Below are positions 36,290 to 44,049 of a DNA stretch of 64,000 nucleotides, in pieces. Under the pieces are notes generated by a model. The model made no database searches. It saw only the letters and a program-made list of their open reading frames with translations, and was not told where the DNA came from. The translations under genes and the position numbers were made by a program. Position 1 is the first letter of the stretch, and every line of letters starts with the position of its first letter. Source of the DNA: a virus (taxonomy: Duplodnaviria; Caudoviricetes); IMG/VR virus record IMGVR_UViG_3300026549_000039, positions 64,001 through 128,000 of that record; one strand, given 5' to 3'.

Positions 36290-37095
36290 TCCTTGGCAAG
36301 TATGCACGGTATAATCCGTTTGTTGGTCCAAATCTGTTTGTGTGTGTTAAAGGTACGCGAATAGTTGTGAGTGGCGGGAGTATTGTCTTGCTGTTGCAGT
36401 CTATGGACCTCGTAGACCCAAAACTTGATAATACCAAACCCGCTTCACTTTTACTGCAAGTCGATGTTAGGAAAGTATATATGTTATATGCTAAGGAGGA
36501 CAGCAAAAACAAAGAGTACAGGCAGAGCTTACTCTTAGCTGATCTTCAGGACCCTAATATGCAGCCTCATCTACGCTGGGTTATAGATACCACACTCAAC
36601 TTTTTGTATAGGTCTATTCTATCTAAGAATAATACTTCTGTTATATCTGTTGGAGCTGATGAGTATAAGGTATCAATACCGAGGCTGATACATGCGTCTG
36701 ACCTAACACCTCTGAGTCATAATGTTATAACCATTATTGACGAGATTACTGACGATATCAGTGGGCTGGATCAAGAGTGGCAGGTGGTACACAACTACTG
36801 CACTACTGGGCTGTATGCTAATGGCCTGTTGCAGATTGTTTCGGATCTATCAGGCATAGACCAGGACACAGTGGTAAAAGTACTTAGAAACACATCGCTG
36901 GCCCTGGTAGAGCTATCAACATTAGCACTATTATCTGGGGCATCGCAGATTAAAGTGAATGTACCAATGCTTGGATATATGTGCAGCACAATAACAGCAG
37001 ACGGTCCAAAAATTACCTGGGAGATGGCTAGGTCTATCGAGACTAGTGTGCATTCTAGGTTTAACAGCAGCATTAAGGAACGCACAAAGGAGTAA
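36262..37095 (+). CDS. Hypothetical protein
   Basis: 277-aa ORF between resolvase and recA. Confidence 0.5.
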   Translation: MHQDGEYNVILGKYARYNPFVGPNLFVCVKGTRIVVSGGSIVLLLQSMDLVDPKLDNTKPASLLLQVDVRKVYMLYAKEDSKNKEYRQSLLLADLQDPNMQPHLRWVIDTTLNFLYRSILSKNNTSVISVGADEYKVSIPRLIHASDLTPLSHNVITIIDEITDDISGLDQEWQVVHNYCTTGLYANGLLQIVSDLSGIDQDTVVKVLRNTSLALVELSTLALLSGASQIKVNVPMLGYMCSTITADGPKITWEMARSIETSVHSRFNSSIKERTKE

Positions 37096-37102
37096 GATAT
37101 GG

Positions 37103-38332
37103 ATGGCTAAGAAACAGAAAGACGTGACAGCAGCTTTACAGAATCGTCTTCTAAAAAAGATGGAAGCTGTTGGAGCAATAATGCCTTTCGAGCAGTCCAT
37201 GGTGGCGAAACCAAAAACCTGGCTGACATCAGATTTCTTGAACCTCAACTGGGCTATGGGACACGGTATACCATTTGGGTGCCTGTGGGAGCTAATAGGA
37301 CAAGAAAGTTCTGGTAAAAGCTCAGTAGCATTAAGTTTAGCTGCGTCCCTACAGCGGACACACAATGCCTTAGTGGTACCATATGATACAGAACGTATGG
37401 ATGATTCTATGGTACACCGAACTGGGCTAGACTTATCCAAGGCTGCCATACCAGTACCAGAGGCTAGGGATAGTATCTCCAGTGTGGTGAACAACATGAT
37501 GGAGATGATCCAGACAATACAAGAGGCAGAGGAAGAAGGTGATTACGACGCAGATGGCCCGGTTCCTGTTATAATGATCTGGGACAGTATAGCTGCTACA
37601 CCTACACAGACTGTTAAGCAGGCTATGGCTAACAAGCGCGATAATGTTGATATGGGTATCACTGTGGAACAGATGAGTGCTACTGCTGCTCAGCTTACAG
37701 TCGCCCTGAAGAACCTTCATCCCGCTATTGTAAAGTCGAATATACTAGCTATCTTTATAAACCAGATGCGAGTTACTATCAACAACAAGCCAACATGGGG
37801 TGGACCCACAGAGCATTCTGGAGGTGGACGGGCTCTCAAACATGCAGCAAATATCAGGGGCAAGCTCAGATACGAAAACATGTACAAGGAGTACAACAGC
37901 AATAAGAGAGACTTGCTGAACGGCAACCAGCAAATTGGTATCACATCTACCTTAGAGATAATTAAGAACAAGCTGGCTGCACCGTTCAAAAAGATCCAGT
38001 TCATTAACCTGTTCCAGACTGGTATTGACATATACACGTCAGCTATCCTACATGCAATATTCGATCTGGAAGATGCAGAGGTTCTACCAAGACCTATAAG
38101 GGGTAGGATCGAGTGGGGTGGAAAAAAGATGCTGTTTTCTCAGTTTGCTGACGCTATAAAGAATGACCAGTCAGCCTGGGAAGACTTGAAAGAGCGAATT
38201 ATTCAGGCTCAAAAGGATCTTGATTCCAACATAACACCAGACGATTTGTCAGCTCTACAGAGGCAAGCTGATAAGTTAGAACAGGAAGAAACTGGTACCT
38301 CTGATGAGAATGATGAGGGAGATGATGAGTAA
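37103..38332 (+). CDS. recA: RecA/UvsX-like recombinase
   Basis: ELIGQESSGKSS, YDTE, IWDSIAA, FINQMR, GGRALKH, KNKLAAPF. Confidence 0.9.
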   Translation: MAKKQKDVTAALQNRLLKKMEAVGAIMPFEQSMVAKPKTWLTSDFLNLNWAMGHGIPFGCLWELIGQESSGKSSVALSLAASLQRTHNALVVPYDTERMDDSMVHRTGLDLSKAAIPVPEARDSISSVVNNMMEMIQTIQEAEEEGDYDADGPVPVIMIWDSIAATPTQTVKQAMANKRDNVDMGITVEQMSATAAQLTVALKNLHPAIVKSNILAIFINQMRVTINNKPTWGGPTEHSGGGRALKHAANIRGKLRYENMYKEYNSNKRDLLNGNQQIGITSTLEIIKNKLAAPFKKIQFINLFQTGIDIYTSAILHAIFDLEDAEVLPRPIRGRIEWGGKKMLFSQFADAIKNDQSAWEDLKERIIQAQKDLDSNITPDDLSALQRQADKLEQEETGTSDENDEGDDE

Positions 38333-38419
38333 CCATGGCTAGGTTTAGATCGCATGATTCACACCGTAATGATGACTATTGGATGGATCAGTACGATGCT
38401 CAGGATATGCTATTAGCCA

Positions 38420-38929
38420 GTGGTTACTACATGGAAGGTAGCGCACGATATAGAGAGGAGCTTTATGATGCAGGTTACGAAACAGGAAACATATACTAAA
38501 CTTGCTGGTTTGGACTTGTTCTATGATGTAGTAAAGAAGTTTCACATTGCAGGCGGTCACCCAGCTGGAGAAATTACACAAGCATTGTCTGGGGATGAGA
38601 AAGCTCGCAGGATTGCCTGGATGCAGGAAGAACTTAACGAGTTTGCCAACTCTAAGTGCCTGGTTGACCAGTGCGATGCGATGGGCGACCTACTCTGGTT
38701 TGTGGTTGGTACAATGGTGTGCATGGGTGTTGAGCCCAGCGACATACTTGGTCCAATTACAACAGCCAATATGTCTAAGATTGGCGAGGATGGCAAGGTG
38801 AAGTACAGAGCCTCCGATGGTAAAATACAGAAGCCTGATGGTTGGGTTCCTCCAGAGGAGGAAATCGCCGCAAACTTGCGCAAAAGATACAGAGTTGACG
38901 ACCCGTACCAGATGGTACTCGACCTCTAG
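38420..38929 (+). CDS. MazG-like / PRA-PH nucleotide pyrophosphohydrolase
   Basis: VKKFH, WMQEELNEF, DAMGDLLW, ANMSK, DGKIQKPDGW. Confidence 0.8.
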   Translation: MVTTWKVAHDIERSFMMQVTKQETYTKLAGLDLFYDVVKKFHIAGGHPAGEITQALSGDEKARRIAWMQEELNEFANSKCLVDQCDAMGDLLWFVVGTMVCMGVEPSDILGPITTANMSKIGEDGKVKYRASDGKIQKPDGWVPPEEEIAANLRKRYRVDDPYQMVLDL

Positions 38930-38953
38930 TATGTGATTGGAGGGATGATTTAA

Positions 38954-39121
38954 ATGCCTACCAAAGATAAGGTAAAGGCTGTACTGAGTGTTAGGATTCT
39001 ACCTGAAGATATGGAAGATGCCAAGAGGCTATCGGAGCTCCACCAGCGCTCTATATCTGGTGAGATTCGTTATCTTATCAAGAAAGAGATTGCCGAGGTT
39101 TTTGGGGAGGGTGCAAAATGA
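38954..39121 (+). CDS. Arc-like ribbon-helix-helix protein (55 aa)
   Basis: Read directly: MPTKDKVKAVLSVRILPEDMEDAKRLSELHQRSISGEIRYLIKKEIAEVF; GGAGG RBS. Confidence 0.7.
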   Translation: MPTKDKVKAVLSVRILPEDMEDAKRLSELHQRSISGEIRYLIKKEIAEVFGEGAK

Positions 39122-39738
39122 AACCACAGTCTGGCCTGATTTCAAGATGGGCCAACTATGGGTACGACAGGGACTCTTGGCAAGAGTCCCTGTTGGACTT
39201 TATAGGGTTTGTATCGGACCCGTCTGATGTAAACACACCATTACCCGAAGCAGGTATGGCATGTGTAGTAGGACAAAATCCACAAGGTATACTATCACGG
39301 TATGAATATGGTGATGTGCTGTTCCATAGTACTGACCCAGATGAGTATTTCATCAGGAAACCTGATGAGGTTCGGGTTTTGCTAGATAGGAATACCAGAG
39401 AGATATGGCTGTGGAACTTCACACATGAAGTGTGGTACGTGGCTGGTTTGATTGACAATTCAGAGCTGGTTGAGAAAAGGATACTATTAACCAGCCAGGT
39501 TTTAGATGCAAGGCGTATAGAGCTTGCCCAACCTGTGCTAGATATGCCCCCTTTGGTTCACCTAATGGGATGTGGGACTCTAACCATTGATGTAAACTTC
39601 TGGATGCCAGATAACAGCACCATAACCTTTGAACCTACAGCTGGTCCACAGTCACTGATAAACTTCAACTTAACTGCTGGTGTGGACATATTAAGAGTAA
39701 GGTACCATAGCCCTAGTGTTTTGAAGATTGGGGGTTAG
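39118..39738 (+). CDS. Hypothetical, probably virion-associated protein
   Basis: 206 aa, beta-rich; coupled to the previous gene. Confidence 0.5.
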   Translation: MKPQSGLISRWANYGYDRDSWQESLLDFIGFVSDPSDVNTPLPEAGMACVVGQNPQGILSRYEYGDVLFHSTDPDEYFIRKPDEVRVLLDRNTREIWLWNFTHEVWYVAGLIDNSELVEKRILLTSQVLDARRIELAQPVLDMPPLVHLMGCGTLTIDVNFWMPDNSTITFEPTAGPQSLINFNLTAGVDILRVRYHSPSVLKIGG

Positions 39739-39740
39739 AT

Positions 39741-40520
39741 TTGATGCTAAAGGCACACGGGTACACACCAACTATAATTTGGGTCAAAGCTGGATCCGAT
39801 GTTGATAAGCACCGTGCTGTTATACTTACTGATGAATCCTTAATATTTCCTGCTCAGGAAACCGGATCACAAGCAATAGGATTCACACTCAAACCAGTGG
39901 TAGCTGATGAGTACGTAGCTGTGCAAACCGAAGGTATCATATATGAGTGGGAAGGGGATCCAGCAAATCTAGGAGCAAGCACCGTATACTATCAGGGGCC
40001 TGATGGAACATTACTGGATTCACCAACAGGTAGTGGCGACCCTCTAGTTGTAGGGTTTGCTGTTGACTCTACTACGCTCCATATCAGGATTGGCAGTTCA
40101 GGAGGTATTGCTTCAGGGTCCGTAAAGATGGTAACTCACTATCTAAAGGTTACCGTTGATCAGATTGCTGCCAAAGTGATACCCTTACCTGATGGAGTTA
40201 AGAAAGGTCAGGTTGAAGACCTAGTATTATATGGTGGAGACATCCATCTGGTGGAGTCTGTAGACTATGTTCTTGAAGATCAAGAGCATGATGGTAGCAC
40301 AGTAAATATATTAGATGGCAACAATGATACCGATGGCGTTGTAGATGCCATCTACCTAAATACTGATGTTATATCAGGCACACCAGGTAGCAGTGGTGAT
40401 ACAGTAATGCAGGCATCCATAGTATGGCAGGCAGCAAAGCTGGATCCTGCAAGCATTAGTATACTTGAGCGCTTAAAACCAGGGGATTTAATAACCGTCA
40501 AGCAGGTCATACGAACATAG
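39741..40520 (+). CDS. Probable virion protein with DUF2190/cement-like N-terminal domain
   Basis: KAG...AIGF...VAVQTEG...TVYYQGPDG; same module inside the vWA protein. Confidence 0.5.
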   Translation: MMLKAHGYTPTIIWVKAGSDVDKHRAVILTDESLIFPAQETGSQAIGFTLKPVVADEYVAVQTEGIIYEWEGDPANLGASTVYYQGPDGTLLDSPTGSGDPLVVGFAVDSTTLHIRIGSSGGIASGSVKMVTHYLKVTVDQIAAKVIPLPDGVKKGQVEDLVLYGGDIHLVESVDYVLEDQEHDGSTVNILDGNNDTDGVVDAIYLNTDVISGTPGSSGDTVMQASIVWQAAKLDPASISILERLKPGDLITVKQVIRT

Positions 40521-40536
40521 AAGGAGGTAATTTATT

Positions 40537-42354
40537 ATGCCGATAGCATGTCCCATGAAAATTATGGTTACTGTTCCTGATAAAGCTGCTCAGTTTGCTT
40601 TGCAAGCAAAAGGTGCAGAAGGTCTCCACTGGCTGGAAGACTCTACAGGTAACCCTGTTGTAGCTAAGCAAGACGGATCCTATTGGTATGCGAAGTGGGA
40701 TAGCAATAAGCAAAAATTTGAGCCCGATGAACAGTTTACCTGGGAATCTAGGAAGCGTAGCCTTAAACGCAGAGGTGGTCATATAACAAGGCAGCAGACC
40801 CAACAGCATATGCAAAGCTGGACTGAGAGAATGATCGAGGGTGGTGAAGATTTTCGTAGAAAGTTCGGCATTGGGTCACCAAGATCACTAAATAAGGCCC
40901 CAATATTAAGAACACCGGGCTCACCACCACCAGCAGGGAGCATTAAACGGAAGATATCTGTTGTCTATGTTAAGTTCCAGGATAGTGCTAGTCTTAGCAT
41001 AGCAGATATAACAGACGCATATATACAGGATGTATTCTTCAATAAATCAAGGTTTGGATCACTAGCCCATTACTATCACACTCAAACCCAGGGGATCATA
41101 AGCATAGAGAGTGCTGGTATATATAGAGTAACACTAAATAGTAATGCCATTGGCCTGGCAGGCGATACACTTACATCGGCAGATAATGTGAATGTTAAGA
41201 CAGATTGGATAGATGCTGCTGTTGCACAGGCGCTGACGGTTGGTATGCCAACACCAGAACCTACTGGTGGGCCCATATGTCTTCTGCATGGGTATGAATC
41301 ATCCTATGGCAATGCTGACCCAAGACTACCGACACCAAGAGTCTGGGGTCATGCTTACTTCTCCGGCTCATCCATGTTTGGTGCTTATCATTATGACCTA
41401 AACACAGGAACAGCAACTCCATTTAATAATGGTATTGTTATACATGAGTGTGGTCATTGCTTATTTGAGCTGCTAGATTTATATGATATAACACCGAGAT
41501 CTGCTACACAACAACCCGACACTAAAGGATTAGGACATTGGTCTGTAATGGCAAGTGGTAGCTGGGGCTACTCAGCTGCCAATCCAAAACAAGGAGATGT
41601 ACCAACAGGCCTGGATGCTTACAGTCTGTTTCAGATTAACCCTCTCATACTAGACCTAGATGACGCTTCTGGATCTGTACAGCATACCAGTCCATATACA
41701 CCTCATCTGATTAAGGGTAGGCGTGCGGAACAGGGATCACAGAAGGTTGATGAACTTGTATTTACACAGGTGCGATGCTTTAAGGACTATGACGTTGGTA
41801 TCCCTGATATGTTTGGTGGGACTGCTACACCTGGTATACTGGTTGAAGCACTCAACACTGACAGGTCCAATGTTCGTGGCTATGATGCACCCATAGCTAT
41901 ACTAGAGGCGCATGGGGGTACACAAAATCTACGGACTACTACTAAAGCAAACCAGAATGATGGCGATCTTGGAGACCTATTTGGTCCGACCAAAACGAGT
42001 GTTGGAAAGAGTGTAAGTGACCCTAGTGTGGAAATGGGTACCAACTTCGATATCGGATACCCAAGCCCGACTTGGACCGTAAGTGGTACAGACTGTGGTT
42101 TTGATATTGTAAACATAACAGCTGACTCTAGTTGTACGGGTAGCTATGAGATAACTTTTGATGGTACACATGACCAGGATGCCTACTATGTTGATGCCCG
42201 TGGACGCTACCAAAAAGCATCATGGGGATCTGGTGGAGGAGGTGGTGAACCAGAACCGGAGCCAGAGCCTGAGCCAACCCCACCTATACCAGCAAAGTGT
42301 GATCGACCTAGAATGTACCGACTGAGAGCTGCTACAGTTGTCACACCACCTTAA
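40537..42354 (+). CDS. M6 family (immune inhibitor A-like) zinc metalloprotease
   Basis: VVYVKFQD, GSLAHYY, HECGHCLFELLDLYD, GLGHWSVMASGSWG; PE-repeat linker near C-terminus. Confidence 0.85.
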   Translation: MPIACPMKIMVTVPDKAAQFALQAKGAEGLHWLEDSTGNPVVAKQDGSYWYAKWDSNKQKFEPDEQFTWESRKRSLKRRGGHITRQQTQQHMQSWTERMIEGGEDFRRKFGIGSPRSLNKAPILRTPGSPPPAGSIKRKISVVYVKFQDSASLSIADITDAYIQDVFFNKSRFGSLAHYYHTQTQGIISIESAGIYRVTLNSNAIGLAGDTLTSADNVNVKTDWIDAAVAQALTVGMPTPEPTGGPICLLHGYESSYGNADPRLPTPRVWGHAYFSGSSMFGAYHYDLNTGTATPFNNGIVIHECGHCLFELLDLYDITPRSATQQPDTKGLGHWSVMASGSWGYSAANPKQGDVPTGLDAYSLFQINPLILDLDDASGSVQHTSPYTPHLIKGRRAEQGSQKVDELVFTQVRCFKDYDVGIPDMFGGTATPGILVEALNTDRSNVRGYDAPIAILEAHGGTQNLRTTTKANQNDGDLGDLFGPTKTSVGKSVSDPSVEMGTNFDIGYPSPTWTVSGTDCGFDIVNITADSSCTGSYEITFDGTHDQDAYYVDARGRYQKASWGSGGGGGEPEPEPEPEPTPPIPAKCDRPRMYRLRAATVVTPP

Positions 42355-42360
42355 ATAACG

Positions 42361-42401
42361 AAAAAAGAAGCACCGGCATGGGAGAAACCGGTGCTTCTTT
42401 T
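42361..42401. terminator. Bidirectional intrinsic terminator
   Basis: AAAAAAGAAGCACCGG-loop-CCGGTGCTTCTTTT. Confidence 0.85.
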
Positions 42402-42495
42402 AATGCGCGGCGGGAGCGCATGTCACAGAGTTTTGTAATGAAGAGAACGATAACTAGAAATGGGAACCTTGGTCAATACACGCCAACACTCGATA
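42361..42495 (-). ncRNA. Predicted ~135-nt small RNA
   Basis: Bounded by a consensus promoter and a U-tailed terminator; no RBS-led ORF; internal hairpin 42403-42421. Confidence 0.55.
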
Positions 42496-42530
42496 GTAAG
42501 TATTATACTTACCTTAGTCTCAAATGTCAA
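42496..42530 (-). promoter_or_regulatory. Consensus sigma70 promoter with palindromic operator
   Basis: Minus strand TTGACA(42530-42525)-17-TATAAT(42507-42502); GTAAGTATTATACTTAC 42496-42512. Confidence 0.8.
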
Positions 42531-43155
42531 CAGGCTGAGTGATGTCTGTAAAGAATATGCCAGCCCTACCGGACAGCTTCTGGAAACAAAGAGCCATTAC
42601 CCTTCTTATATCAGGGTGTGCATGAGGATTCTCCATACGCTGCTTGAGGATGTGCCTCCACTGCCGGACGTTGTGGGTGACAACCATATTAACTGCAAGC
42701 GCTTGTGGCAGCACAGCACGAGCAATCTGTGGTTTGACTCCAGCAGCTACCATTTCTTTGTAGGCCTGTATCGCATCCTCTATAGCATCCATCATCCTAA
42801 TGCGGTCGTCGCCGTCTATACCACTAGGAAGAATACACTCCACTTCTTTACCAGCGTAGTTGACATACCTAGTGCTCTCTACAGAGTAAGCAGAGCCGAT
42901 GCGGTGCCTGGTCCACTCAGCCAACAAACCCCTGTCTATACGCACTTCCATAGTGTACGAGACATGCTCCAAAACAGACTCATGACCGTTCGCAATCAGG
43001 TTGGATATGAACTTCTCCTTATGTTCAATATCATTCACAGCTGAGCCGTGCGACTGGTAGCAGGTTCGGCCTGCATAGTTGATGGTGTCAATAGCTTCCA
43101 TGTACGTCATAGGATGAATCAAATCAGCGGCATACTCTACAAAGTGAACAGACAT
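42520..43155 (-). CDS. thyX: Flavin-dependent thymidylate synthase
   Basis: AGRTCYQS, GHESVLEH, EWTRHR, SVESTRYV, ARAVLP. Confidence 0.95.
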   Translation of the reverse strand: MSVHFVEYAADLIHPMTYMEAIDTINYAGRTCYQSHGSAVNDIEHKEKFISNLIANGHESVLEHVSYTMEVRIDRGLLAEWTRHRIGSAYSVESTRYVNYAGKEVECILPSGIDGDDRIRMMDAIEDAIQAYKEMVAAGVKPQIARAVLPQALAVNMVVTHNVRQWRHILKQRMENPHAHPDIRRVMALCFQKLSGRAGIFFTDITQPVDI

Positions 43156-43174
43156 ATGATGGCCTCCTATAATA

Positions 43175-43203
43175 GTAAGATGTATGCTTACATATTATAG
43201 CAC
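43175..43203 (-). promoter_or_regulatory. thyX promoter (extended -10) with operator
   Basis: Minus strand TGCTATAAT, then GTAAGCATACATCTTAC (43191-43175), then AGGAGG. Confidence 0.7.
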
Positions 43204-43229
43204 AGCAGGGCTTTTTATAGCCCTGCTGT
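43202..43229. terminator. Hairpin at end of the tail operon
   Basis: ACAGCAGGGCT-loop-AGCCCTGCTGT. Confidence 0.6.
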
Positions 43230-43236
43230 TTTAATG

Positions 43237-44031
43237 CTAAATGATATGCTGTGTAGCTGGGTATGCTCGTATGTAGAGCTTTGCCTCAGATTCACCAAGG
43301 TTTATAGATACCATTTTAGGTCCAGGACCAAGCATCCAGCCTGTTAATGTGTGAGTTCTAGCATTCCAGCTCATAGATGAATCCATTCCACTGATACCCT
43401 TTATTTCAGCTCCATCAGAAACAGCCAATCTAAGCGTGTATACTGAGTTAGGGTTCACCGTGACATCAATCTCAGAAATGCCACCAACAACAATCACATC
43501 TGGATCCTCTCCAGGGTCAACGGGTGGATCTGGTGGGTCGGACGGGTCGCTTGGATCAAGCCCTCCATTATCGCCATCCTGTTCAATAATGATGGATATA
43601 TTCGCCGACACCGTAGTTCTTATGTAGCCGAACTCCTCAACATTACCAACAAGGCCAGGCCATTGGATATCTATTTCATCCATAGCATTATTTGACCCTA
43701 GTTCACGATTCATGCGACCCTTGTTGTTAGGATCGTATCGATAGGCCAACCCAAGTCTCCTGTCATCCTCAACGACCACATCCACAGTAAGGGGTGAGCC
43801 GTCTAACGCCTCTAATGGATCATAACCTTCAGTAATATCCATAGTAGCCTGAACAGTAGTAGCCAACTTGTGGGCATCATAGTCATTACCAGGTTCTACC
43901 AGAAGAGTTATGACTTGATCCACATCGTCAATGTGGTGGTTAGACAGGCTCTTATCTAGGAGGAACATGGTATCCTCGGCAATCTGATGAGCCCCATTTC
44001 CAAGCGATAACCTACTTATCAAACTCGCCAT
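43237..44031 (-). CDS. Probable virion protein with PD-rich linker and C-terminal Ig-like domain
   Basis: DPSDPSDPPDPPVDP linker; ISGMDSSMSWNARTHTLTG resembles a putative Ig repeat. Confidence 0.5.
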   Translation of the reverse strand: MASLISRLSLGNGAHQIAEDTMFLLDKSLSNHHIDDVDQVITLLVEPGNDYDAHKLATTVQATMDITEGYDPLEALDGSPLTVDVVVEDDRRLGLAYRYDPNNKGRMNRELGSNNAMDEIDIQWPGLVGNVEEFGYIRTTVSANISIIIEQDGDNGGLDPSDPSDPPDPPVDPGEDPDVIVVGGISEIDVTVNPNSVYTLRLAVSDGAEIKGISGMDSSMSWNARTHTLTGWMLGPGPKMVSINLGESEAKLYIRAYPATQHII

Positions 44032-44049
44032 AGAGCTCTAGCCTCCCCT

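Noticed and set aside
42430-42468. Solitary CRISPR repeat or tracrRNA-like unit (GTTTTG...GGGAAC)
   Set aside because: Only the ends resemble repeats; no second copy and no recognisable repeat family
42460-43044. 194-aa plus-strand ORF over thyX
   Set aside because: Antisense to a well-conserved thyX and has no recognisable motifs
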